This document shows positions 38,428 through 49,120 of a DNA stretch of 64,000 nt, piece after piece. Every line of letters begins with the position of its first letter. Position 1 is the first letter of the stretch. The notes below the pieces were generated by a model. It had not been told where the DNA came from, made no database searches, and saw only the letters and a list, made by a program, of their open reading frames with translations. A program made the position numbers and the translations under genes. Origin of the DNA: an uncultured Phycisphaerales bacterium (GTDB taxonomy: Bacteria > Planctomycetota > Phycisphaerae > Sedimentisphaerales > Anaerobacaceae); the NCBI GenBank assembly GCA_963718665.1, contig OY970359.1, positions 1,568,001 to 1,632,000 on the forward strand. Reading direction: 5' to 3'.

Positions 38428-38955
38428 TTATTCGACTATGACCTGTTCTTTGTTGTCCGATTCTTTCAAAAGCACCTGGACCAATTTTCCCGGTTTTGCG
38501 TCCGTCTTGTAGCCGGCGTAGTCGGCCTGGACGGGAAATTCTCTCCCGGCCCTGTCAACGAGCACCGCCAGACGAATTGCCTTTGGTCTGCCCAGGTCAA
38601 TCAGCGCGTCCATCGCCGCCCTGGCTGACCTGCCCGTATGCAGAACGTCATCGACCAGGATTATGATTTTGTCGTCGATATCGAAGCGAATTTCCGTGGT
38701 GCGGACCCGCGGTTGCGAGCCGCTTTTTGGCGAATTTAGGTCGTCGCGGTAGAGAGTGATATCGAGCGTCCCGCAAGGTATGTCGCTGCCGATTTTTTCG
38801 GAGAGCCGTTTTGCTAATCGTTGCGCGACGATTTCGCCTCTGCTGCGAATTCCTATTACGGCTATTTCAACGCCCTCGGGAATATCAGCGACAATTTGGC
38901 TTGTCAGCTTGTTGAGGATACTGACGATTTGTTTGGCGTTCAGCAATACCTTCAT
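38428..38955 (-). CDS. pyrR: Pyrimidine operon regulator / uracil phosphoribosyltransferase
   Basis: DITLYRDD, VDDVLHTGR. Confidence 0.94.
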   Translation of the reverse strand: MKVLLNAKQIVSILNKLTSQIVADIPEGVEIAVIGIRSRGEIVAQRLAKRLSEKIGSDIPCGTLDITLYRDDLNSPKSGSQPRVRTTEIRFDIDDKIIILVDDVLHTGRSARAAMDALIDLGRPKAIRLAVLVDRAGREFPVQADYAGYKTDAKPGKLVQVLLKESDNKEQVIVE

Positions 38956-39089
38956 TTGTCGCTATTGGCCCTCTTTTGGAACATGCTTAAGTTTGAAAAA
39001 TTATATCAATTCCGGGTTTGAAAAGCAAGACCAGATAGCAACTGTTTTTTCATTTTCTATCCAACGGCTTTGAAGGTATAATTGATTTT

Positions 39090-39278
39090 ATGATTCGTAA
39101 AACCGTGCAAAAACATCGCTTGGACAAAGATTCTGAAATCAGGAAGAACTTGGAGTATTGGCTTAGCAGGACGCCTGAAGAACGTCTTTCGGCTGTGGAG
39201 ATATTAAGACGGCAGGTATATGGAGATTCACAAGGACTTCAAAGAGTTGTTAGAGTTGTTAAACTCTCACAAAGTTGA
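39090..39278 (+). CDS. Small hypothetical protein, partner of the downstream nucleotidyltransferase
   Basis: YWLSRTPEERLSAVEILR pattern; overlaps the next gene. Confidence 0.7.
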   Translation: MIRKTVQKHRLDKDSEIRKNLEYWLSRTPEERLSAVEILRRQVYGDSQGLQRVVRVVKLSQS

Positions 39279-39666
39279 GTATCTTGTCGTGGGCGGATAC
39301 GCGTTGGCATTTCACGGTGCTCCCCGCTTTACCGGTGATATCGACCTTTTTGTTAAGCCGGAGGATGCGAATGCGAAGCGTATTTTATCGGTGCTCGACG
39401 AATTCGGTTTCGGCTCACTGAATTTTTCGGAGTCGGACTTTACGTCGCCGGATAATGTTGTGCAGCTTGGGGTGTCTCCTGTGCGTGTTGATATTATGAC
39501 TTCACTTACCGGCGTATCATGGGAGAAGGCACAAGCAGGCAAAATTCGTGGCAGTTACGGCACGACAGTCGTTTCCTTCATAAGCAAGGAAGATTTAATC
39601 GCCAATAAAAAGGCGCTCGGCAGGAACAAAGACCTGGCTGATATCGAGGCGCTGGGCGACAAATAA
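39220..39666 (+). CDS. Nucleotidyltransferase-fold protein
   Basis: YLVVGGYA...PRFTGDIDLF...GRNKDLAD. Confidence 0.85.
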   Translation: MEIHKDFKELLELLNSHKVEYLVVGGYALAFHGAPRFTGDIDLFVKPEDANAKRILSVLDEFGFGSLNFSESDFTSPDNVVQLGVSPVRVDIMTSLTGVSWEKAQAGKIRGSYGTTVVSFISKEDLIANKKALGRNKDLADIEALGDK

Positions 39667-39725
39667 TCCACGTTTATTCAGCAGTGCAGTTAATAGGATG
39701 CCTCTGCCGAAAAGCGGCAGAAATG

Positions 39726-39752
39726 AAAAAGCCCCGTGGAGAGGGGGCTTTT
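39726..39752. terminator. Bidirectional intrinsic terminator
   Basis: aaaaagcccc...ggggctttt between convergent genes. Confidence 0.8.
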
Positions 39753-39787
39753 GTAATCAGGTTAGCAAATATACACTTGTGGCGTAA

Positions 39788-41290
39788 TTAATCTTTCGGA
39801 ATTGTCAGGACGACGAATATACTGCTTTTTTCGTATCTGACACGGAGCATTACTTTTCCTTCTTTAGCAGCCGCTTCTACCGCTTCTTTGAATTCCCTGA
39901 CGTTTTCAACCGGCTTACGGTTCACTTCCTGGATTAAGCTTCCGGGCTGAATACCCGCCATTGCTGCCGGAGAGTCGGATTCCACGTCGGTAACGAGGAC
40001 TCCTTTTTGTCCAACGAACCCAAACTGTTTGGCTAAATCGTCGGTGAGATTCTGGACGGTGATACCGAGTTTTTCTGATGCCTGCTCTTTTGTAGTATTT
40101 GCGGCAATTTGCTCATCGGATGGTCTTTCTTCGAGTTTGGCGGTAAGCGTCTGCTTTTTGCCATCCCGCAGGATGGTGATTTCAACTTCGCTGCCCGGTT
40201 TTTTCATTGCTACGCGTCTTTGGAATTCCGCTGCTTTTTCGACCGGCTGGCCGTCAAACGCAGTGATGATGTCTCCGGCTTTGAGACCCGCCCTGGCTGC
40301 CGCGGAATCAGGTGAAACATCGGGAACAATGACGCCCTTGGTGTCCTTTAGTTTGAACGATTCCGCCAGGTCGGGCGTGATGTCCTGGATGGTAACGCCA
40401 AGGAATCCACGAACGACTTTTCCTTTTTGGACAAGCTGGTCGTAAACGGACTTTGCCATATTTATCGGGATAGCCAGACCAATGCCTATGTTAATGTTTG
40501 CCCCGACTATGGCGGTGTTGATGCCGACGACTTTTCCGTCGAGGTCAATCAGCGGGCCGCCTGAGTTGCCGGGGTTGATTGCCGCGTCGGTTTGTATAAA
40601 GTCCTCGTATGTTGAAAGCCCCAGGCCGCTTCTGCCTTTTGCGCTGACGATGCCGACTGTAACTGTGTGGCTAAGCCCGAAGGGATTGCCTATGGCGATT
40701 ACCCACTCGCCAACTTCAATTGTGTCGGAGTCGGCCATTTCAAGGGTGTGCAGGTCGTTGGCGTCAATTTTGATGACCGCTACTTCGGTGGACGGGTCTG
40801 TGCCGACGAGTTTCGCCTGCAATTCCCGGCCGTCGAGCAATGTTACCGTGATTTTCTCGGCGTCTTCGACGACGTGATTATTTGTGAGGATGTAGCCGTC
40901 CTTTGAGACGATAAAGCCGGAGCCCTGAACGGGCCTGATGATTTTTCTTTGCTGTGGTTGTCGTTGCTGTTGTTGTGGTTGTTGCCGGCGGAACTGCCTG
41001 CCAAAAAATTGCTGGAAGAATTCATCGTCAAAAGGCGAATCGCCAAAGGGCCCGGAATATGTCTGGGTTATGGCCTGGTTTGCTTTGATACTTACTACGG
41101 CTGGCGAATCCTTTTCCGCGATTGAGGCAAACGCCTTACCAAGCTGGCGAAGAGTATCGATACTTTTTGAATCCTCAGCAAGGGCTGATAATGGCGAAAT
41201 TAGCGAAAAAACGATGAGAACGAAGCTGATACGAGATAGTGTTTTGTGTTTAGACGGTTTTACTATAGTAGTCATTTTCCTGGTCTCCAA
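39788..41290 (-). CDS. degP: Do/DegQ family serine endoprotease with two PDZ domains
   Basis: TNNHVV, TDAAINPGNSGG; signal peptide. Confidence 0.93.
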   Translation of the reverse strand: METRKMTTIVKPSKHKTLSRISFVLIVFSLISPLSALAEDSKSIDTLRQLGKAFASIAEKDSPAVVSIKANQAITQTYSGPFGDSPFDDEFFQQFFGRQFRRQQPQQQQRQPQQRKIIRPVQGSGFIVSKDGYILTNNHVVEDAEKITVTLLDGRELQAKLVGTDPSTEVAVIKIDANDLHTLEMADSDTIEVGEWVIAIGNPFGLSHTVTVGIVSAKGRSGLGLSTYEDFIQTDAAINPGNSGGPLIDLDGKVVGINTAIVGANINIGIGLAIPINMAKSVYDQLVQKGKVVRGFLGVTIQDITPDLAESFKLKDTKGVIVPDVSPDSAAARAGLKAGDIITAFDGQPVEKAAEFQRRVAMKKPGSEVEITILRDGKKQTLTAKLEERPSDEQIAANTTKEQASEKLGITVQNLTDDLAKQFGFVGQKGVLVTDVESDSPAAMAGIQPGSLIQEVNRKPVENVREFKEAVEAAAKEGKVMLRVRYEKSSIFVVLTIPKD

Positions 41291-41488
41291 ATAATCGATG
41301 TTTAGAAATACACGCCCAAAACCTCTTTATACCACCGGGGTTACATGGCTTTAATACGATTTTATCGACCTTGTGTTCGGCTGGTCTAAAGCTTTTTTGG
41401 AAAGGGGGTTGACAGGATGCCGGGACGAGGTTAGAAGCAGTAATAAGGCGATAGTGTTAAATAAAAGAAGATTTTTGGGAGGTCAGAT

Positions 41489-41953
41489 ATGCTGGTGCTG
41501 GAGTATCTAAAGAAATCGGGGGTAAAATACGAATCAAGGGAGCACAAGCCGACGTTCAGCGCACAGCAAATGGCGGCTGTTGAGCATGAGCCGGGCAGGT
41601 TTGTTGTCAAACCGGTTGTGGTCAAGGTTGACGGCAAATACGTAATGTGTGTGCTCGCGGCCTGCTGTAAAGTGGATTTGGGGGCGCTGAAAAAGCAGCT
41701 TGGGGCCAAATCGGTGGAGCTTGCCGAAGAAGAAGAGATTGGACGTCTCTTCGGCAATTGCGAGCTTGGCGCCGAACCGCCTTTCGGAAATTTGTATGAC
41801 ATCCCCACGATTATGGATAAGGCGCTTGAAGGCGACGACCATATAATGTTCCAGGCGGGTGTGCACGACAAGGCAATCCTGATGAAGATGGACGACTACC
41901 GCAAGCTGGTCAAGCCGAAGATTCTGGAATTCAGCTACCACCTCGGCTCGTGA
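41489..41953 (+). CDS. YbaK/EbsC family aminoacyl-tRNA editing protein
   Basis: VVKPVVV, CELGAEPPFG; GGGAGG RBS. Confidence 0.85.
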   Translation: MLVLEYLKKSGVKYESREHKPTFSAQQMAAVEHEPGRFVVKPVVVKVDGKYVMCVLAACCKVDLGALKKQLGAKSVELAEEEEIGRLFGNCELGAEPPFGNLYDIPTIMDKALEGDDHIMFQAGVHDKAILMKMDDYRKLVKPKILEFSYHLGS

Positions 41954-41969
41954 ATTAGTAGGCGTGAAC

Positions 41970-42001
41970 AAAAAAAGACCCCCGATGAATCGGGGGTCTT
42001 T
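41970..42001. terminator. Bidirectional intrinsic terminator
   Basis: aaagacccccgat-ga-atcgggggtcttt. Confidence 0.88.
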
Positions 42002-42014
42002 ATAATGAATCATT

Positions 42015-42039
42015 GTAGCACGGCCATCTTGGCCGTGCT
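42015..42039. repeat. GTAG-tagged REP-like palindrome
   Basis: GTAG-cacggcca-tct-tggccgtg. Confidence 0.55.
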
Positions 42040-42043
42040 TTCA

Positions 42044-43132
42044 CTATTTCAGTTCTGCGTCAATCCAGCCGGTCAGTTCCTTGATATCTTTCAGAGTGAT
42101 ATCGCCCATGTGAGCGATTCTGAAGGTTACCTCTTTGAGCTTGTTGTAGCCGTTGCCGAAGGCGGTCTGGTGCTTTTCCTGAACCGCTTTGATGATGTCG
42201 GCGACGACGACGCCCCTTGTGTTCTTGACGGTTGTCAGCGTGTTGGAGGCGTATTTCTCTTCGCAGAACAGCCCGAACTTCTGCTTTGCCCAGGTCCTTG
42301 TGTAATCGCCCATTTCCTTGTGGCGTTTCCAGACGTTTTCCATACCTTCTTTCAGCAGCTTGGTGCATTGATAATGCAGCCCGAAGATATGCGGTATGCT
42401 CGGGGTAGTCGGCGTCTGATTTTTCTCATTGGATTTGACAAATGGCGCGAAGTCGAAGTAGTAACCCCTCTGCGGGACCTTTTTGCATTTTTCCATAGCG
42501 CGATTGCTGATAGCCGCGACAGTGAAGCCGGGCGGGAGAGCAAACGCCTTCTGGACGGACGCAAATACGACGTCCCAGCCGAGCTGGTCGAAGTGCGTCG
42601 GCAGACCTACCAGTCCGCTTACGGCGTCAACAAGGACCAGCACATCGGGATATTTCTTCTTCATCATTTCGCTGACTTCATAGAGCGGGTTTGTAAGCCC
42701 GGTGCTTGTCTCGTTATAGACCAGCGTGACGGCGGCGTATTTGCCGGACGCCAGTTTCTTATCAATCATTTCCGCGGTAACGGCCTGACCCCATTCGACC
42801 TTTAGCTCGTCGCAGTTTCTTCCGCAGCTTTTCACGACATCAGCCCATTTATCGCTGAAGGCGCCGCAGCAGGTGGCCAGAACGTTTTCATTGAAATCGA
42901 CGCAGTTACGGATGGAGGCCTCCCACATTCCTGACGCTGATGAAGTAACAAGGAAGACATGCTGATTGGTGAAAAGGACTTTCTTGAGCATGTCAATCAC
43001 TTCACCATGCAGTTGTGCGTACTCTTTGCCGCGATGTCCCAGCGTCGGCCGAGCCAGTTGCTGAAGGACATCTTCCTTGACCAGCACAGGTCCAGGAATG
43101 AACAATCTTGGGGGTTTTCTCCAGTCAGCCAT
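42044..43132 (-). CDS. Class V PLP aminotransferase (alanine-glyoxylate/serine-pyruvate type)
   Basis: LFIPGP, NETSTG, VDAVS, SVQKAFALPPG, FRIAHMG. Confidence 0.9.
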   Translation of the reverse strand: MADWRKPPRLFIPGPVLVKEDVLQQLARPTLGHRGKEYAQLHGEVIDMLKKVLFTNQHVFLVTSSASGMWEASIRNCVDFNENVLATCCGAFSDKWADVVKSCGRNCDELKVEWGQAVTAEMIDKKLASGKYAAVTLVYNETSTGLTNPLYEVSEMMKKKYPDVLVLVDAVSGLVGLPTHFDQLGWDVVFASVQKAFALPPGFTVAAISNRAMEKCKKVPQRGYYFDFAPFVKSNEKNQTPTTPSIPHIFGLHYQCTKLLKEGMENVWKRHKEMGDYTRTWAKQKFGLFCEEKYASNTLTTVKNTRGVVVADIIKAVQEKHQTAFGNGYNKLKEVTFRIAHMGDITLKDIKELTGWIDAELK

Positions 43133-43154
43133 AAACTTCTCCTCTTATAAAACG

Positions 43155-44465
43155 TTAGTGTTTATTTATCACCAGCCCGGTATAGACCTTCGGATAAAAG
43201 AAAGTCGATTTCTGAGGCATCCTTTCGCCGGTTGCGGTGACCATTTCAATTTGTTTCATTTTTGTCGGATTCATAAATAAGGCGGCCTGTTTGGCGCCTT
43301 CGTCAACCTGTTTTATGGAATCGTCTATTCCTTCACCGGTATCTTTTACATATTCGATATTGGCGCCTTCGGCGAGTCCTTTTTCGTCGATGCCAAGATG
43401 CTTTTCGATAATGAGCTTATGGAGCACGGCCACGTCTAAGGATTTCCAGTGTTCGCTTTTGTCCGGCGCGACGGCATCCATAAGATGCTTGTCTTTCAGC
43501 ACGGCCACGTAAAATGCTCCGTCAGCCGTGTATATGCCGAAGGCGTTTTTGTCTGCATCGAATTCGGCCTTCATTTTGTCCGACATTTTTTGCCTGGCCT
43601 GCTGTTTGGCCTTTTCATCGCTGAAGGCGAATGTTGTCAGGTCGAAGTCCTTTTTCAGTGCAGCGAGGAACTTTTTGCTGTCGTAGGTCTTGACATTTTG
43701 TATAAGCCGATGTGTTGCCAGTATAAGCAAGCCCTTCTGCCGCGTATTGACGAAGGCGGTCAGGACATATTGAGCCGATGGCTCGCCGGTTTCCTTATAA
43801 TAATTGAGAGCGGTTTCGTATCTGTGATGGCCGTCGGCTATGACGCAGGTCTGCGTGCTCATCATTTTTGTGATTGCGTCGATATCATTATTGTCCGTAA
43901 CGGCGAACAGCCGATGGCGGACGTTCTGCTCATCAACGAAATCGATAAGCGGTTTTTGCTTCATTGCTTTTTTGATGGTTTTGTCCGCGATGTTTTTGGC
44001 GTCTTGGTAGAGCATAAAAATAAGGCCGAAGCTGGCCTTGGTTGCCCTTCGCAGGTTCAGGCGGTCCGCTTTGGGCCCGGTAAGCGTGTATTCGTGGGGC
44101 TTGATGTTTTTGCCAAGCTCTTCGAGCTTTGCGAGCGCGATGAAACTCAGCCGTTGCGCCTTTATGCCTGCAATTTCGAAATCCTGGACATATCCGTAAA
44201 CGCTGTCATTGGTGTCGCGTTTGAGTGCCCCCGTCTGAAACCAGTCGTTAATCAGTTTGGCTGCTCGCGTATATTGATTATTGTCCGGGCTGTCGGATGG
44301 GGTTGTTTTGCCTTTGGTAATCCGGGCGATGTTGAATTTGTTTTTTTTGTAGAGCCGGTCCTGAAGGTCGGCGTCTATGACGTCATAAGGAGGCGCAATA
44401 CAACTCCCGACGTCGCCTACGACCGCCTCGTTAAACCTGTACGCTTTGAATGCTTTAATTTCCAT
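43155..44465 (-). CDS. DUF1015 family protein
   Basis: APPYDVI, PHE, IADGHHRYETA, MPQKSTFFYPK. Confidence 0.9.
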   Translation of the reverse strand: MEIKAFKAYRFNEAVVGDVGSCIAPPYDVIDADLQDRLYKKNKFNIARITKGKTTPSDSPDNNQYTRAAKLINDWFQTGALKRDTNDSVYGYVQDFEIAGIKAQRLSFIALAKLEELGKNIKPHEYTLTGPKADRLNLRRATKASFGLIFMLYQDAKNIADKTIKKAMKQKPLIDFVDEQNVRHRLFAVTDNNDIDAITKMMSTQTCVIADGHHRYETALNYYKETGEPSAQYVLTAFVNTRQKGLLILATHRLIQNVKTYDSKKFLAALKKDFDLTTFAFSDEKAKQQARQKMSDKMKAEFDADKNAFGIYTADGAFYVAVLKDKHLMDAVAPDKSEHWKSLDVAVLHKLIIEKHLGIDEKGLAEGANIEYVKDTGEGIDDSIKQVDEGAKQAALFMNPTKMKQIEMVTATGERMPQKSTFFYPKVYTGLVINKH

Positions 44466-45068
44466 TTTCACACGCAGGATACCGCTATAACTTTGGGTTG
44501 TAACTACTGGTAAACCCCACAGTGCTGAGCGATTCAAATTGTCATGCTAAGCAGAAAGAATACCAGATTGAGATGCGGTTTGTCAATCGACAGGAAATGT
44601 TTTTTTGATTACACAAATGACTCTCAGACGATATCGACCAGGATGAATCTCTGCTCTTTTTAGAAGACGATATGGCTGCATTTGCCGCAACTTTGAGCGC
44701 GAGGCGGATGTCCCAATGTCTCAGTTATGCGGCTTAGGTTCCACAACTTTCTGGTTTGCGGTCTGATGGCCGTTGGGCCATTGCCCGCACCGTGTGTATC
44801 GCCCCGTTAATTTTCTCCATACATATCTCATCGCCGCCAATCCTCCAAAAGGCAGCTAACTAATCGTGGATTATATAGGAATAAACCCAAAATTAGGGCA
44901 GAAAACGCGGAGATTCTGGGACTTTGGCGGAATTTACGGCGAGGGGAAGAAGAATTTATAAGGCAGAGAATAGATGCGGAGCAGATGTAATCATTGAAAA
45001 TTACCCCGACGCTTAATATACTGCCCTGTTGAGATGATTTTATCTTTTGAGCAGAAAGGGCGGTTAAT

Positions 45069-46388
45069 ATGCTTGCTAAGTTCCTGAATTTCATCCGAAC
45101 GGATATCTGGCGAATGCGTTTGCGGGACCACTCACCCGGCAAATCCCTCGTTATCAGGTTTCTGCGGATAGTAGCTCTTGCTGTCCGCGGCTTTAATGAG
45201 AATAAGTGCAAATTCAGAGCGTCTGCGCTGACTTTCTTCTCGTTGCTTTCGATTGTGCCGGTTATTGCCTTGATGTTCGGAATTGCCAAGGGATTCGGTC
45301 TGCAGGAGCGCGTAGCAGCGCAGATTCTCGAAAAGATGAAAGGTCAGGAAGAAGTTGCTAATAATGTTATTGCTTTTGCAAATTCACTCCTCGACAAAAC
45401 AAGCGGCGGCGTTATCGCCGGAGTGGGTGTGGTATTTCTGTTCTGGACTATCATCAGTTTGCTGGGCAATGTCGAAGGTTCCTTCAATGATATATGGGGC
45501 GTAGTTAAGCCCAGAACTTTTGGCAGGAAATTCAGCGATTACCTGGTAACGATGCTTGTGTGTCCGATTCTGCTGGCCATAGCCGGCGGGGCAACAATTT
45601 TTCTCAGCGGCCAGATTCAAACTTTAACCGAAAAATTTCCCGTGTTGAAAGATTTGGGGCCGGCGTTCTGGCTGGTAATGAAACTGCTGCCTTATTTTAC
45701 AATCTGGGTTTCATTCACGTTTATTTTCATTTTTATGCCTAACACAAAGGTAAGGTTTATTTCCGGCCTGATAGCCGGAATAGTCGCCGGTACTTTATTC
45801 CAGCTAATTCAGTGGGCATACGTGAATTTCCAGGTTCAGATTACCACAAGATACGCCATATACGGCAGTTTCGCCGCGATGCCTCTGTTTTTGCTCTGGC
45901 TTCAGATAAGCTGGCTTATTATTTTGTTCGGCGCGGAGGTCTCGTTTGCGCATCAGAACGTCGAGATATACGAGTTTGAGCCGGATTGCCTTTCGGCGAG
46001 CCATTCGTTCAAGACACTGCTTTCTATTCTTATTACTCAACGGCTTGTGCACAGATTTTGCGCCGGCGAAAAACCCAGTAACGCTTCCGGGCTCTCGCAT
46101 GAGCTGGAAATTCCTGTCCGGCTGGTCAGGCAGCTTTTGTATGACCTGTCGGAATCCGGTATTTTGTCGGAGGTCAAAAAAGGAGAAGACAAAGAGCTTG
46201 CGTATCAGCCCGCCACCGACGCTGATAAAATTACCGTGAAATTTGTCATCGACCGGCTTGAGCAGCGGGGCACTTCCAGCATACCGGTGCTTCGGTCCGC
46301 TGAAATGGACAAGCTTTCCGATTGTCTGCGGCAACTCGATGCGACCATCGAAAAATCGCCGGCAAATATGCTTTTGAAAAACCTGTAA
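45069..46388 (+). CDS. YihY/BrkB family membrane protein with C-terminal wHTH
   Basis: RASALTFFSLLSIVP, FNDIW, IYGSFAAMP, LFGAE. Confidence 0.9.
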   Translation: MLAKFLNFIRTDIWRMRLRDHSPGKSLVIRFLRIVALAVRGFNENKCKFRASALTFFSLLSIVPVIALMFGIAKGFGLQERVAAQILEKMKGQEEVANNVIAFANSLLDKTSGGVIAGVGVVFLFWTIISLLGNVEGSFNDIWGVVKPRTFGRKFSDYLVTMLVCPILLAIAGGATIFLSGQIQTLTEKFPVLKDLGPAFWLVMKLLPYFTIWVSFTFIFIFMPNTKVRFISGLIAGIVAGTLFQLIQWAYVNFQVQITTRYAIYGSFAAMPLFLLWLQISWLIILFGAEVSFAHQNVEIYEFEPDCLSASHSFKTLLSILITQRLVHRFCAGEKPSNASGLSHELEIPVRLVRQLLYDLSESGILSEVKKGEDKELAYQPATDADKITVKFVIDRLEQRGTSSIPVLRSAEMDKLSDCLRQLDATIEKSPANMLLKNL

Positions 46389-46432
46389 TCTGCCGGTTTA
46401 TGTCTGCCTAACCAACTGGTCTCAGGGCACAG

Positions 46433-47226
46433 TTATTTTTTGCCGCCGAATATTCCTTTGACGCCTTCGACGACGTTCTTGCCCGCTTCGGTAGTAGTTT
46501 TCACGGCGCCTTTGCCGAATTCGGCGGTTTTGCCGAGCGTCGAGCCGATGCTTTTAACCATATCATCGGGCAATACCCCCGCACCCTGCTTGGCGACGCC
46601 GGCAGCCAGTGCGCCCATAACCTTCGACACAAGCGTGGCTACGCTGAGTTTTTTGTCCGTGCCGAGATTTTCCATTACTATCGGGTCAAGCTTCAAGCTG
46701 ACGGTATCGCTTTTTCCGGGGATAGGCAGCAGTTTTACCCTGACGTTGGTGTTAGTTACTTCCAGCTTGTTAACGGTCAGGTTTTTGCCCGGTTTTTCGG
46801 TTTTTGGCGTTGCCGATTTTTCTTCTTTGGGCATCTTGTCCAATATTTCGTTGAGGTTGTTCGTCAGTCCTTTTTGCTCAATCGTTAGCTTCGTATCGTT
46901 GAGCTTAATCAGTTGTATTTTTATTGTGTCGCGCATTAGTGAGCCGATATCGAGATTTATCACTCCATCGCCAAGCTCCAGCAGCGTCTCATTGGCGTAA
47001 CCGGGCGGATTTTTGACCACAAGGCCTTTAATCTTGACCTGCCCGCGCATAATCGACAAGCTGATGTCCTTAACTGTAACCTGGACGCCGAGGGTGCTGC
47101 TGGCCACTTTTTCGACTTCGGCTTTAATCATTCCTGCACCGAACAAATAGATGCTGACAATCAGGACAAGCAGGATTACCGCAATCGACACAACTACATA
47201 GGTAGCGTTTTTTTTGCCGATTTCAT
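46433..47226 (-). CDS. AsmA-like protein; apparent 1-nt frameshift in an A8 run near the start
   Basis: GGAGGG RBS then ATG AAA TCG GC(A)8 is out of frame with the TM segment unless the run is A9. Confidence 0.7.
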
Positions 47227-47305
47227 TTTGTTGCCCTCCAAAAGGTTTAAATTGGTTGCCGAGTTTAGGTATCATAAATTTTATCCACATCGTTATCATA
47301 GTATT

Positions 47306-48070
47306 TTAGAACCTGTACATTATGCCGGCAAGGATAGATATTGTGTAATCCTTATCGACTATCGGGCTGTTGCGAATGTTACTGTCTAACCAGTAATAAG
47401 TTATGCTTGTAAGCAGAGTCCAGTTGTCATTGAGTTGGTAGTTTGCGTCAAGTCCGACAAACCAGTTGACGGATGCGCCCGGGTTGTATGCGGGTCTGCC
47501 CGGCCGTGCCTCGTCATTGCGGACGCCGTAGTAATAATCGGCGAGATTACTGCTGAGCAGGGCAAAGCCGACGGACGGCGATATATTTGATTTTTCAAAT
47601 TTGAATGGTTTGGCGTATGTTACCCGAAACTCCTGGCCGTCGTGCTGGCCTAGGGCATCGGTAAGGATTCTTGTATGCAGGTTGCCCCAGTCGCCGGAGA
47701 TTCCAAATTCGCCGCCGACGTCAACGGTCATATTCCGGTTGTGCATACCATCTAATTTTTCACTATCCTCGCCGTTGTAACCATCGAGCCGCAGTTTGCC
47801 TATAACGTCAAACGTCATATTGGAGTCGGAGAACAGTCGGCAGCCCGCGGTATCGATAGCGAAATAAAATGGTGCGCTGACAGCCGTGATAACGGGTATT
47901 GGATATATAGTCGGATTCATTCCCTTGTATGGCTTGATGGTAATCAGCGTGCCGGGGCCTACCAAAAGCATTGAGTTAGGGTCCTTCTGTGAGATTTGGT
48001 TGTTACCTTCAGCCAGGCCGGCTGAGCAAATAAACAGCGTCAGGAAAATTATCAGTTCCTTATTTGCCAT
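47306..48070 (-). CDS. MipA/OmpV family outer-membrane protein
   Basis: PYKG, DYYYGV, SPIVD, C-terminal YRF. Confidence 0.88.
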   Translation of the reverse strand: MANKELIIFLTLFICSAGLAEGNNQISQKDPNSMLLVGPGTLITIKPYKGMNPTIYPIPVITAVSAPFYFAIDTAGCRLFSDSNMTFDVIGKLRLDGYNGEDSEKLDGMHNRNMTVDVGGEFGISGDWGNLHTRILTDALGQHDGQEFRVTYAKPFKFEKSNISPSVGFALLSSNLADYYYGVRNDEARPGRPAYNPGASVNWFVGLDANYQLNDNWTLLTSITYYWLDSNIRNSPIVDKDYTISILAGIMYRF

Positions 48071-48148
48071 CTATAAGCATCCTTTCAAGTTCGCTGATTT
48101 TCCGGACGTACCCATCGGCATTCAATTACACCTTATTCATATTTATCG

Positions 48149-49120
48149 TCATCCACCGATATTTATCTTGCCCGCATTTTTTATCGAAATTTCCCGTTGC
48201 GGGAATGGTATTGTTATGCCGTTGTTTTCCAGGGTGGTTTTAAGTTTGGCGGTAGTGTCGAAGTAAACATCCCAGTAATCCGCTGATTTTACCCACGGGC
48301 GAACAACAAACTTTACGGAGCTGTCGGCAAGTTCCGAGACAGCAACCGTTGGGGCCGGGGTTTTGAGTATTCTTGCGTCAGCGGTGAGGACGCCTTCGAT
48401 GACCTGTTTGGCTTTTTTGATGTCGTCGCCATACGATACGCCAACCGTCAAATCGATTCTTCTTGTAGCGTTGGTGGTATAATTGCTGATAGTGCTTCCG
48501 GTTATCTGGGCGTTGGGAATTATGATGCGGACGTTGTCGAGGGAGTCGAGCACCGTATTGAGAATCTGAATTTCCCGAACTGTTCCCTGGATTCCTGCCA
48601 CTGTCACATAATCCCCGATTTTGAAGGGCTTGAAAATCACCATAAGTATGCCGGCGGCAAAATTAGACAGCGAACCCTGCAGGGCGAACGCGACCGCCAA
48701 TGCCGCGGCGCCGAGCACAGCGATTGCCGCCGTTAGCTTTATGCCAATCTGGTCAAGTGCCGCGATAATCACGAACGCAAGCAGGCCGAAGTAGCACAAA
48801 TGCTGCACGAAGGTAACAAGGATTTGCTCAACATGTGCCTTGGTCATTGCCTTGCCGACAAGCGTAGAAATCCACTTTGCCAGCCAGCGGCCGATTGCGA
48901 AGATAAGAATCGCTGCCAGAAGGTCAACAGCGAAAGCGGTCCCTTTTGTAATCAGGAAATTTTTTATTATTTCGGCTACATTTTGCGGCCCGGCCTTGGC
49001 GGCATCGGCGATGGTTTGAGCGGCGTTTACATCCTGTGCCATCACGGGGATAACGCTTACGAGCAGGATTACCAATATGACCAGGTAATAAATGCTCATC
49101 TTTTTGATTTGAAGTTTCAT
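48149..49120 (-). CDS. mscS: Small-conductance mechanosensitive channel
   Basis: ALQGSLSNFAAG, PFKIGD, IPFPQRE. Confidence 0.93.
   Translation of the reverse strand: MKLQIKKMSIYYLVILVILLVSVIPVMAQDVNAAQTIADAAKAGPQNVAEIIKNFLITKGTAFAVDLLAAILIFAIGRWLAKWISTLVGKAMTKAHVEQILVTFVQHLCYFGLLAFVIIAALDQIGIKLTAAIAVLGAAALAVAFALQGSLSNFAAGILMVIFKPFKIGDYVTVAGIQGTVREIQILNTVLDSLDNVRIIIPNAQITGSTISNYTTNATRRIDLTVGVSYGDDIKKAKQVIEGVLTADARILKTPAPTVAVSELADSSVKFVVRPWVKSADYWDVYFDTTAKLKTTLENNGITIPFPQREISIKNAGKINIGG

Noticed and set aside
38956..39089. PyrR attenuator
   Set aside because: No PyrR-binding loop or terminator/antiterminator structure seen.
40950..40995. Gln-rich repeat in degP
   Set aside because: Ordinary low-complexity linker with codon periodicity, unrelated to the 7/9-nt families.
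43449..44513. 354-aa plus-strand ORF
   Set aside because: Antisense shadow of the DUF1015 gene; the same applies to the many other antisense ORFs in the track.
44590..44850. Short minus-strand ORF with GGAGG RBS and an in-frame TGA (selenoprotein or leader peptide)
   Set aside because: No recognisable domain, no clear SECIS hairpin and no Cys/Sec motif context.
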